Shown here piece after piece: positions 26,943-37,494 of a stretch of DNA of 64,000 nt. The DNA comes from Squalus acanthias. Lineage: Eukaryota. Every line of letters starts with the position of its first letter. Position 1 is the stretch's first letter. The stretch covers positions 137,332,001 through 137,396,000 of the forward strand of contig CM059431.1 of assembly GCA_030390025.1 (NCBI GenBank). Direction: 5' to 3'. The notes under the pieces were generated by a model. The model made no database searches. It saw nothing but the letters and a program-made list of their open reading frames with translations, and was not told the DNA's origin. Made by a program: the position numbers and the translations under genes.

Positions 26943-27027
26943 ATGGAACCAGAACAATCCACATCGAGAGGTGGGAAAGGTGGAAAAGGTGCAATTCGAA
27001 AAGTGATCAACTATGTAACTGGCAATG
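26943..27027 (+). CDS. NLR coding exon 1 (MEPEQSTSRGGKGGKGAIRKVINYVTGN)
   Basis: gaaaATGg start, open frame, donor G|GTAAGG in phase 1 matching the next exon. Confidence 0.65.
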
Positions 27028-27134
27028 GTAAGGGAGGAAAAGTAAAACAGGCAGGTATCAGAGGATAGATAGTTATGGCTACATGAATGATTTAGATGTT
27101 AACTTGGCTAACAGGATGGAGCAGAGCAAGAGAG

Positions 27135-27720
27135 GATCAGGAGTAGGCCGTCCAGCCCCTACAGCCTGTTACATAGGACCAGGAGGAGGCCATTCAGCTC
27201 TTTGAGCCCCTTACATAGGAATAGGAGTAGGCCATTCAGCCCCTGGAATCCGTTACATAGGAATAGAAAGAGGTCAGTTATGCACTCGATCCTGTTACAT
27301 GGTAAGAGGAAGAAGCCAGTTAGTCTCTCGAGCCTATTACATAGGAACAGGAGCAGGCTATTTACCTCCTCGAGCCTATTGCACAGGAACAGGAATAGAC
27401 CATTTAGCTCTTCGAGCCTGTTACATAGGAACAGGGGGAGGCTATTCAGCCCCTCGAGCCTGTTACATAGATAAAGAAGTCGACCATTTAGCTCTTCGAG
27501 CCTGTTACATAGATAAAGAAGTAGGCCATTTAGCCCCTCAAGACTGTTAAATAGGAACAGGGGGAGGCCATTCAGCCCCTCGAGCCTGTTACATAGGAAC
27601 AGGAGAATAACATACAACTCTCAGAGCCTATTACGTAGGAGCAGGAGTAGACCATTCAGCCTCTCAACCCTGTTATATAGGAACAGGAGGAGGCCATTCC
27701 GCCCCTCAAACTTGTTCCAC
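27135..27720. repeat. 42-bp tandem repeat of the CR1 3'-terminal segment
   Basis: Monomer CATAGGAACAGGAGTAGGCCATTCAGCCCCTCGAGCCTGTTA, about 14 copies, continuing into CR1 body sequence at 27711-27750. Confidence 0.9.
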
Positions 27721-27923
27721 CATTCAGTCAAGTCATGGCTGATCTGTATCATAATTATATTTAGACATTGTATCAAGTGAGATTTAAAAAAAGTTGTTTA
27801 TGGCCAATTTAAAAGTGGTGCCAATCGGTTGACATTAATAGTTATTTGTATAATATTCCTACAAATGGGTGAATCATATTTTGTAAATTGCTATTTTCAT
27901 TCACATTCGCTTATTTTTTATAG

Positions 27924-28093
27924 CTGAGGATAAAGATGGAATCAGGAAAACACTGGACAGTTACAGTGACACGGAGTTAAACATTATCACCCAGTTCTAC
28001 CGTCAGAGATTAGAGGAGGCGATTTTAGAACTGGTGGAGAATATCGCCCTGGCACTTATGGCCGCAGAGTCGTTGAGTGGCGAGGAATATGGG
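27924..28093 (+). CDS. NLR coding exon 2, helical N-terminal domain
   Basis: Acceptor ttattttttatag. Reads EDKDGIRKTLDSYSDTELNIITQFYRQRLEEAILELVENIALALMAAESLSGEEYG. Donor |GTAGGT, phase 0. Confidence 0.8.
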
Positions 28094-28819
28094 GTAGGTT
28101 GGATTACACGAGTCCTGTCTTAAAACCAATTTTTTGTTAAGGCTTAATCGAACAGAAAGCTCATTTTGAGTCAAGGGTAAAGTATCAAATAATTCTTATG
28201 AAAGAGATTAAAATGGAAAGGTAATTCGAGCCTGGTCGAAATTGGACGCTCCCTGCAAGGAGGGCAATTTTCACTTTGGGAAATGCTGTAAATTGGGTGC
28301 TAGCCAATTGGTCACCCATTATACGCCATGCCCGATTTATTTCATTTAGGCGCACAACTGCTCCACTCCCCAATCACCTCCAACATGCCCAGCATTTACC
28401 AACCAAGACAGCTGGTTGGCAGTCAACTGCTGGACCCTTCCTCATGTGTCTAACTGGAGCCAGGAAATGCACGGATCCACTCCAGAGTGATTGGCTCACT
28501 TGTCTTTCCTCAGCTTCTCTTGAAATCTAAGCAGAAGCTGTATTGCAGGTTGCATTCAGCTTCGATGGAATAATGTAGGGTGCTGAAAATGAGACATGTG
28601 TCTTCGAGTTGTGGAGCAAATACCCGCAATAAAAGATCGAGGAAACTCTGCTGCAAGTGTGTAACGCTACACCTGAATTTCCTCACTGTTTTTGCTTGTC
28701 TGTCAATCCATGCCCTCAAACTTATCTCGACACATTATAATAGGTCGGCCTCCAGGCTAAAGAGTCATAAACGCGCGAATTTCCAGCAATTGTTCTGGTC
28801 AACCGACTTGTATAATTAA

Positions 28820-29240
28820 CATAGAATCTAGGAGCAGGAGTAGGCCATTCGGCCCGTCGAGCCTGCTCCGCCATTCAATACGATCATGGCTGATCATCCA
28901 AATCCAGTACCCTGTCCCTGCTTTAATCCCCACAGTACACATATCCCACCCTACCCCCGTAACCCCACGTATTTAAGTCCCCCTAACATATCCCATCCTA
29001 TCCCCATAACCACACATATTTAATCCCCCCTAACACTAAGGGTCAATTTATCATAGCCAAATCAACCTAACCCACACATTTTTGGACTGTGGGAGGAAAC
29101 CGGAGCACCCGGAGGAAACCCATGCAGACACGGGGAGAATGTGCAAACTCCACACAGACAGTCACCCGAGGTCAGATTCGAACCCGGGTCCCTGGCGCTG
29201 TGAGGCACCAGTGCTAACCACTATGCCACCGTGTTGCCCA
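28820..29240 (-). mobile_element. HE1/V-SINE-type tRNA-derived SINE with a CR1-type tail
   Basis: Minus strand has A box TGGCATAGTGG, B box GGTTCGAATC and V-domain gtgtggagtttgcacattctccccgtgtctgc. Confidence 0.88.
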
Positions 29241-29266
29241 AAATTTTAGTCGCAGCATTAATTAAT

Positions 29267-30030
29267 GGCACGGATTTTGCAGTCAGCAGCTAAGGAATGT
29301 TGCTTGTCATTCACCTCGCTGACAGCTGACGACAAAGATTTGACGGGCTTTACAGTGGAGACTTGCTCTAATTCAGAGTCTGATCCAGCGCGGTGCCCTC
29401 TACGGGGAATCTGTGGCATCAGTGAAACAGCGAGGCTCTTCAATCGATCAAATTTGAGAATCCGCACTGAGCCGCGCAGAGTGCAAACCAGGATGCATAA
29501 AGCAGTAAAATAAGTTAGATTTAAATGATGTGCCAAAAGTAAATCAAGATTGGGAAATACAGATGGGATTAAGGGAGAGAGATAAAAGTGACGGACGGGC
29601 AAAGTATATATTTTTTTTAAATCTGTAACACTAATTTTGCTCTGAGGGAATGAGACTCTACACTTGTAAAATTACTTTTTCAGGACCAGAGAGGTTGTTC
29701 AGCAGTAATTATCATTTATCACGCCGTTAAAAACTCACTTTCCCCTGAATGCTCCAGCCCTGATTTTTTCAGCTGTCTTTATGCAGAACTAGTGCGCAAG
29801 TGCAGCAAGTCATTCAGTTGCAGTCATTCTTTAGACGAGTACTGCAACAGCGCATCCTGTGGAGGAGCAGGGTATCTTTGACAGCAACTTCTGGATATCC
29901 GCGTTTAACTGCGCATGTTGGACCCCAAAATTTGCTGTCCAATTTAACCCAGATGCTGCTGTCCGATTTACCCCATAGTAACGGTGAGCGCTGATGCCAT
30001 CACCGTTATTATATCAGCAAAATCCGGGCC
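29267..30030. mobile_element. Harbinger-type MITE with a 3-bp target-site duplication
   Basis: TIRs GGCACGGATTTTGC / GCAAAATCCGGGCC (13/14 match), with AAT on both flanks. Confidence 0.8.
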
Positions 30031-30194
30031 AATAATTGTTCGAAATTATCCTCACTGAGACCTGCACTGTTTTTTCTGTTTCTTTGAATGCTAAAATTAA
30101 CCCCATACAATCCTAAACAAGGAAACCCATTGAAAGGTGTTGCTGTTGCAGCACAGGGGACGCATCTAACACATTAACTGGTGTCAGGCGTGTG

Positions 30195-30610
30195 TCAGTG
30201 CATCGCACTTCTGCCTCTGAGTTAGAAGGTCGTGGGTTCAAAGACCCACATCAGAGTCTCCAGCCCTATAATCGAGGCTGACATTCCACAATGCCAGTTC
30301 TGAGGGAGCGCTGCAGCGTCAAAGGTGCCTTCTTTCAGATGAGATATTAACCTGTCCTGCCAGATGAACGTGTAGATCTCGTGACACTGCTTCCGAAGAT
30401 AAGCTGGGGAGTTCTCCCGAATTTTCTGGGGAGAATATTTATCCCAAACCAACATCACTAAAAAATCTGAATATCTGGCCGTTATTACATTATCTGGTTG
30501 TGTGCAATACAGTTGCAGCATTTTCTGCAATACAACGGTGTGTACTTTTCCAACGTACCTCATTGGCTCTAAAGCCCTTTACGTTCTGCGGTCATGAAGG
30601 ACGTTATATA
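30195..30610 (+). mobile_element. Deu-domain (SacSINE1/AmnSINE-like) SINE
   Basis: gcctctgagttagaaggtcgtgggttcaaa...cagatgagatattaac...aaggacgttatataa tail. Confidence 0.7.
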
Positions 30611-30685
30611 ATTTTTTTTTTCATTCGGTGTTTTTCTTTCTGTCCTCCCTTTTTCTTTCTTTCGTTCTTTCCTTTATTCTTGCAG

Positions 30686-30853
30686 CTCGTCAGTAAACTG
30701 TCAAAGCATCAACGCAGAAAGGAACTCGATACCTTCTAGATGCGGTGACTGAAAAGAACGAACCGGCAGAAAGGACATTGTGGGAAACGTTGGTGAAAAT
30801 GCAGGGGGCGAGGCCAAAACTGAAACGCATTTTGAAAGAAGTCCAGAAAAAAG
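30686..30853 (+). CDS. NLR coding exon 3, second half of the N-terminal domain, frameshifted
   Basis: Long pyrimidine tract plus tgcag acceptor. The entry frame LVSKLSKHQ... stops at TAG 30737. The -1 frame reads GTRYLLDAVTEKNEPAERTLWETLVKMQGARPKLKRILKEVQKK up to donor G|GTATTG. Confidence 0.75.
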
Positions 30854-30955
30854 GTATTGCACGACCCATTATTTGTACTACCAAATCAATGTAGGTAATT
30901 TACAATATTCCCCAGAGTTAAATTCAATACTAATGAGATGAATCACATTTACTAG

Positions 30956-31021
30956 GTTCTAGTCTACTTTATAATGCCCGCAGCAGTCAGCTGGAAGAGA
31001 AGCTCCCAGAAGATCTAAAAG
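30956..31021 (+). CDS. NLR coding exon 4 (66-nt linker)
   Basis: tttactag| SSLLYNARSSQLEEKLPEDLK G|GTAAGT, phase 1-1. Confidence 0.75.
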
Positions 31022-31604
31022 GTAAGTGAATGGCCAGTTTCTGAAATAATCATAGAATGATACAGCACAGAGGAACCAATTACAGCCCATCGTGGCTCTG
31101 CCGGAATCAGATAAATGGATCATTCCATTTATATGATAATCTCCTACAGTTACTGTAAGGTGCTATTAAACTTAATACACTAAGGGGGTGAACACCGACT
31201 TGGGCAGTGGTGTAAAACGGGCTGGTATTGCATCTGCCACAAGTTATATGCCCCGTGCCCGATATTCGGTTCTGTTGAAGTAAATTCAATGGCAGATGTG
31301 CTACCCGCCTAAGTTGTGTCGCTGCCCAAGTATACGTTCACCCCACTGGCACTGAATATTTCCAGTTTCTGATGCCCGTGTGGCAGTATGGAGCTGTACC
31401 AGTGAGAAAGACCTCAGCGTTTTCTTCTGGCGTGTTCCCAGTGTGCCAAAATAAACTTGTAATTGTTTTTTCCTTTGTTCATACTTGAGATGATGTCGTT
31501 GCTGGCCAGGCCGGAATTTATTGTGCATCCCTAGTTTCCTATATACAACTTAACCCCTTGGTAGGCCCACTTAAGAGGGACTTTAGGATACGGACAGGTT
31601 GGTG

Positions 31605-33345
31605 TTGGACTGGAGTCAGATATAGGCCCAGACGGGGAAAGACTGGAATCACATATAGGTCCTGACTGGGTAAGGATGGGTGTCACATAAAGGCCCAGAC
31701 TGGGCAAGGACTGAATTTACATATATGCCCAGATTGGGTAAGGACTTGAGTCACATATAGCCCCTGACTAGGTAAGAACTGAAGTCAAATCTAGGCCCAC
31801 ACTTGGGAAGGACTTGAGTCACATATAGGCACGGGCTGTGTAAATACTAGGGTCACATTTACACCGAGATTGGGTAAAGACTAGGGTCACATATAGACCT
31901 AGACTGGGTAAAGACTAGGGTCACATATAGACCTAGACTTTGTAAAGACTATGGTCACATACAGGCACAGAATGCATAAGCACTGAAGTCAGATATGGGG
32001 CCTGGTCTGCTAAAGACTACAGACACAAATACACTCAGAATGGATACGAACTCAATTAACGTATAGGCCCAGATTGGGTAAGGACTGAAGACACATATAT
32101 GCTCAGATTGGGAAAAATTGCAGTCAAATACATACCCAGACTGGGTAAAAGACGGGAGTCCCATATAGCCCCGGACCGGGTAAGTTCTGGAGTCTCATCT
32201 AGGCCCACACTTGTTAAGGACTTGAGTTACATATAGTCCGAGACTGGGTAAGGACTGGAATCACATATAGGCCAAGACTCGGTAAGGAATGGAGTCATGT
32301 ATAGGTCCAGACGGGCTAAGGACTCGAGTCACCTATAGGCCTAGCCTAGAAACGAATTGGAGACACATATAGGCCCAGATTGGGTAACGACTGGAGTCAG
32401 ATTTTGGTACAGACAGACTAAGGACTGCAATAATATAAAGATCACGATTGGATAAGGACGAAGTCACATACAGTCCCAAACTGTGTCAGGACTGGAGTCA
32501 AATATAGTACCAGACTGGGTAAGGACTGGAATCATATATAAGCCCAGACCTGGTAAGGACTGGAGTCACATATAGGCCCAGACTGGGTAAGCACTGGAGT
32601 CATATATAGGCCCAGAATGGGTAAGGAATTAATTCACATATATAGGCCCAGTCTGGGTAAGTACTGAAATCACATATAGGACAAGACTGGGTAAGAACTG
32701 TAGTGACATATAGGCCCGGACTGGGCAAGGACTGGAGCCATAGATAGGCCCAGACTGGGTAAGGACTGGAGTCACATATAGGTCTAGACAGTGTAAGGAC
32801 GGCAGGTGTCACATAAAAGCCACACAGGTTAAGGACTGGAGTCACATATAGAGCCAGACTGAGCAAAGACTGGAGTCATAGATATGCCCAACTGGGTAAG
32901 GACTGGGGTCACATATAGGCCCAGACTGGGTAAGGACTAGAGTCACAAATAAGCCCAGACGAGGTAAGGATTCGAGTCACCTATAGGCCCAGACTGGAGA
33001 AGGACACGAGTCACATATATGCCCAAACTGAGTAAGGACTGGAGTCACATATAGGCCCAGACTGAGTAAGGACTGGAGTCACAAATAGGCCCAGACTGGG
33101 TAAGGACTGGAGTCACATATAGGCCCAGACTGGATAAGGACTGGAGTCACATATAGGCCCAGACTGGGTAAGGACTGGAGTCACATATAGGCCCAGACTC
33201 GATAAGGACTGGAGTCACTTATAGGCCCAGTCTCGGTAAGGACTGGAGTCACATGTAATCCCAGATTGGGTATTGACTGGACTCACATGTAGACCCAGAT
33301 TGGGTAAGGACTGGAGTCAGATATAGACACAGACTGTTTAAGGAC
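31605..33345. repeat. 34-bp minisatellite expanded inside a SINE
   Basis: Monomer GACTGGGTAAGGACTGGAGTCACATATAGGCCCA, about 50 copies. Confidence 0.95.
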
Positions 33346-34388
33346 GGCAGGTGTCCTGTCCTAAAAGGACATTACTGAACCAGTTGGGATTTTAGAACAA
33401 TCTGACAGCTTCATGATCACTTTTTTTATAGATGCCGGTTTTTTCGTTCCTGATGGTTATCCTGTGACTCTCTACAGATACTGCGTATATCTATTAGAAG
33501 CTGCTCAATTGGACAAGGCAGCGATAAGATTAATCGAAATCTGGGTTTTAGGGTCGGTAGGGTCATAGGAATTGCTTGAGGAGTGTTGCATAAAAGAAGT
33601 TTCCCCTTGCAAGTAGACAAAGGGAGAGAATATGAAACTAAACGAATGTAGAAATTTCCATTTGGCCATTAGGTCAGAAAGGCAGAAAAGATCGGCAAGG
33701 TGCTCCTTTGTCTCGTAGCCACCAGCATTAAGCGTTGTTACCCTGACATGGCTAACAGTCATTTCTTCTATCGGGGTTCATCTATCGTAAGTTCATCTTG
33801 GGCGGTAGTGCAAAGTGGACGAGATGGAATCAGCAGTTCGTTTAGTGCTCCACCAAGATATCCTTTCCATTGTGTGTAGTTTTAACTTTTGGCGATGATG
33901 TAAATTGGGAGATATCGAATCAGCTGCCAATTATACACGCTCCCTGATTTCCCTTTCCACTGAAGTTAATGGTCGGTAAAATTGGTCTGGGTGGATAACG
34001 GGCGACAATTCGACGTTGTCCATTTTACAAGATCTCTCGTGATTAAATGTAAACCCTAATGGAAAAGAAAATAGTTGTAGGGTGTATTTTTTTCTTGGCG
34101 GTAGCGGAAAATGGGCGGCATCTCATCTGACGTCCGTTATAGGTCCGGCCCAATATTGTCGTTAATGGTGTTGAATATCAGGCAGGGAGTACAACGGGTG
34201 GCAGATCTGATATCGCATGTTACTGCACAAGATGAATTTCTACCCCGTGGAGTGTAAAATTGGCGTACGATTCGCCCGTTTTGCGTTACCACCCAAAACG
34301 TCTGTCCAAATATTTTCCGGCCATTTCGGTGTCTAACAATATTACAATAAGAGCGACACTAATAGCATTCTTAATATTTCAAAGAAAG

Positions 34389-36134
34389 GCTTCCAAAAGC
34401 AGCACAAGGAACATCTCCTCGCCCAAAACGGGAACGTGAGCAAAGGCACGATCCGAGGAAGGGACAAAACAAAGACCTTCTCAATCGCTGATCGATACAC
34501 TGAACTGATAATCATTTCCTCTCTCTGCGAGTGGAGACTGGTGGAACACGAGATGCTGGCCAGAGGCAGGGACCACGAGGAGTGGCAGCGGAAGCATGTC
34601 AGCAGCGACCTGGAGAAAATCCGCATCGATCAATTATTCAGGAGCAGTTTCGGCCACTCCAGCCTGTCTGGGACCTCGGTGGTCAGCGGGGTGGCCGGGA
34701 TCGGCAAGACCACCATGGTGGAGAAGATGCTTCATGAATGGGCTACGGGGATCATCTATCCTCAGTTTCAATTTGTCTTTCATTTCAAATTCAGGAACCT
34801 CAACGCCATAAATGGGATCACTTCTCTGAAAGAAATAGTGCTGGATTCCTACCCTTATTTGGAAAAGATACTTGGAGATATATGGATGAGGCCGGAATAT
34901 CTGCTCTTGGTGTTCGATGGGTTGGATGAGTTCCAACACACGATAGATTTCACAGATCGTGGGGCAAATAAAGACTCTGGGAACAGCTGTACCGGACCCG
35001 AATGCAGATGTGAAGTTTCCGAAATTGTCCACTGTCTGGTACAGCAACAGATGCCAGAAGGTTGTTCCGTGCTAGTCACAAGTCGGCCAACCGCCTTGAC
35101 GCATTGGAGCAGGACAATATCAACCTCTGGGCCGAGATCCTTGGCTTCCTGACCGCCGAAAGGAAGGATTATTTCAAAAGGTTCTTCAGGAACGAAAAGC
35201 TCGCCTCCCATGTCTTCAAGCACGTGGAGGAGAATGAAATCCTGTATACCATGTGCTATAACCCTTCCTACTGCTGGATCATGTGCTCGACCTTGGGCCC
35301 GCTCTTCACTCAACCGGAGGGGAGAAGACCTCTCCCTAAAACCATCACCGAACTCTTTTCCAACTACATTTACAACCTCTTGAAAAACCACGGGCGTGAT
35401 GTTGGGGACCAGCGAGCGGTATTACTCAGAATCGGGGAGTTGGCCTACCAGGGAGTTTCCAACAGGGTCATTGTCTTCAATGAAGACCACTTATGTCAAC
35501 ATCAGCTGGAGCCCTCCAAGTTCATTTCCGGGTTTATGATGGAGATCCTGGAGCGAGATGACGCAGCAAAAAATGTTGTGTACACGTTCCTCCACCTTAC
35601 CATCCAAGAGTTCTTGGCGGCCCTCGCTCAGTATTTGACTCAAAGGCGCCAGAACGTATTGGAGCTCCTTCAATGGGCTTTTAAGAAGGTCGACGGTCGC
35701 TTTGAGATATTTATGCGATTCTTGGTGGGTCTCTCATCGTCCACTTCAGCCCGGCAGCTGGAAGAAATCCTGGGCCCGCTGTCTCACCAAACCACCTGCC
35801 AGGTGATAGATTGGCTGAAGATCAACGTTCAGGCAGAGATCAAGAACATGGACACGAACACGGGTAAGAGGAAGCTCCTGAACATGTTCCACTACCTGTG
35901 CGAGTCTCAGAACTTCGCTTTGGCCCAGAAGGTCGTCGGATCGGTGAAAAGGCTGAACTTTGGCGACTCCAACCCGCGGATCGCGCTGCGATTGAGCCCG
36001 CTGGATTGTGCCGTGCTTTCCCACGTGGTGCAACTGTGCGCAACAGTGGAGGAGCTGAATTTGGAGAAATGCTACATCCAGGAGGAAGGGATCAAGCGAC
36101 TGGCCCCCGCGATGCACAAATGCAAAGTTCTGAG
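34389..36134 (+). CDS. NLR NACHT exon (FISNA-like segment, NACHT, WHD/HD2, first LRR), with frameshift at ~35097
   Basis: Walker A GVAGIGKT, Walker B LLVFDGLDE, VLVTSRP, CYNPSYCWI, FLHLTIQEFLAA, FEIFMRFLVGLSS. ORFs 34436..35152 and 35062..36222 join at TAL/DALEQ. Donor AG|GTATTT, phase 2. The acceptor (aag|) is weak. Confidence 0.93.
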
Positions 36135-36338
36135 GTATTTATTAATGGGGGTGAAATTGAACATGGCTAGTGACGCCAAACAGGCGGTATCCCATTGGTC
36201 GCCTGTTATAGGCGCCACCTAATATTCAGTTCCCTTGACTTCAATACCTACCACTATTCTGTCTATGCGAATTTCTTTTCGGGCCACGGGTGCCTTCTCC
36301 GCCTTGCCAGATTTCTCCTGCTCACTTCAACCTCAATA

Positions 36339-36890
36339 GGTGTGGCACTGAGCCCCACACAGAGCAGGAAGGTCCCAAGTTCCATTCACGGCCTGTGCTG
36401 AGTTTGCTGATCTGACCAGGTGTGGCACTGAGCCCCACACAGAGCAGGAAGGTCCCAAGTTCCATTCACGGCCTGTGCTGAGTTTGCTGATCTGACCAGG
36501 TGTGGCACTGAGCTCCACACACAGAGCAGGAAGGTCCCAAGTTCAATCCACGGCCTGTGCTGAGTTTGCTGATCTGACCAGGTGTGGCACTGAGCTCCAC
36601 ACACAGAGCAGGAAGGTCCCAAGTTCCGTCCACGGCCTGCGCTTAGTTACCTGATCTCACCAGCTGTGGCACTGAGCCCCACACACATAAAAAACAGGAC
36701 GGGACTAGGTTCCATTTACGGCCTATGTTGACTAGTTGCTCTCATCCAGTGCAGGGCCGAGCCCCACACACAGAGCAGGAAGGGCCCAGGCTCCAACCTC
36801 GGCCTCTGCTGTTAGCGGAACTCATCCAGTGCAGGGCCGACCCCACACACAGAGCAGCTCGGTGAAAGGTTCCATCCCCGGGCTGTGTTT
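36339..36890. repeat. 80-bp tandem repeat, about 7 copies, decaying rightwards
   Basis: GGTGTGGCACTGAGCCCCACACAGAGCAGGAAGGTCCCAAGTTCCATTCACGGCCTGTGCTGAGTTTGCTGATCTGACCA at 36339, 36419, 36499 and 36581. Confidence 0.9.
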
Positions 36891-37494
36891 TTGGTTTATT
36901 TAATCTGAGTCAGGTGGTATTAGTGCAAATTCACCACATTTTTAAACTATTAACTAGTGGATATCCGGCGAAATATCAGCATTTGATATTAAATTAATTT
37001 AATTATAAATCCTCCAATTTGACCCCATTTTTAAAAATTCTGTCAACGTTTACATATGTCACACAGCAACCCCGATAGCAGTCACTTTCCTCAGGGATAT
37101 TGCAACCACTCCCACCAGGATGCTCTAAGCACCAACTCCAACGAGCGATACAACATGTACCGCCAGTGCAGCGCTACCGCCAAGATCAGTTTCCTCCACC
37201 GCAGTGCGCGTCCAACCAACGAAAATGATGCATCATCAGGTCGGGTTTTTGACCCCGCCGCTAACATGGAAATAGGACATGAAGGTTCTATATTTCAAAT
37301 CCAGGGCTTCCACGTGATGACACAGTGAAGCTGTCAGTCAATGCCCCACAGCCATCACTGAAGGAAGGAGGCAAGGTGGGATAGAAATGAAGGGCAATCA
37401 TAAACAGCAGGTAGTCAACGCTGATTTCCAAGCGGCATATTGATGCAGAAATTTGACTTGTGCGCACGTGCGAAATTGGCGCTCGCAGTCGGGA

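Noticed and set aside
27159..27617. Leucine-rich-repeat-looking ORF (LFLCNRLEGLNGLL)n
   Set aside because: It is the translation of the 42-bp CR1 tail repeat, antisense to the NLR.
29160..29240. tRNA gene
   Set aside because: The A and B boxes belong to a SINE head followed by a V-domain.
36135..36222. ORF-track C-terminus of the NACHT ORF
   Set aside because: Read-through past a phase-2 donor. The LRR exons continue downstream.
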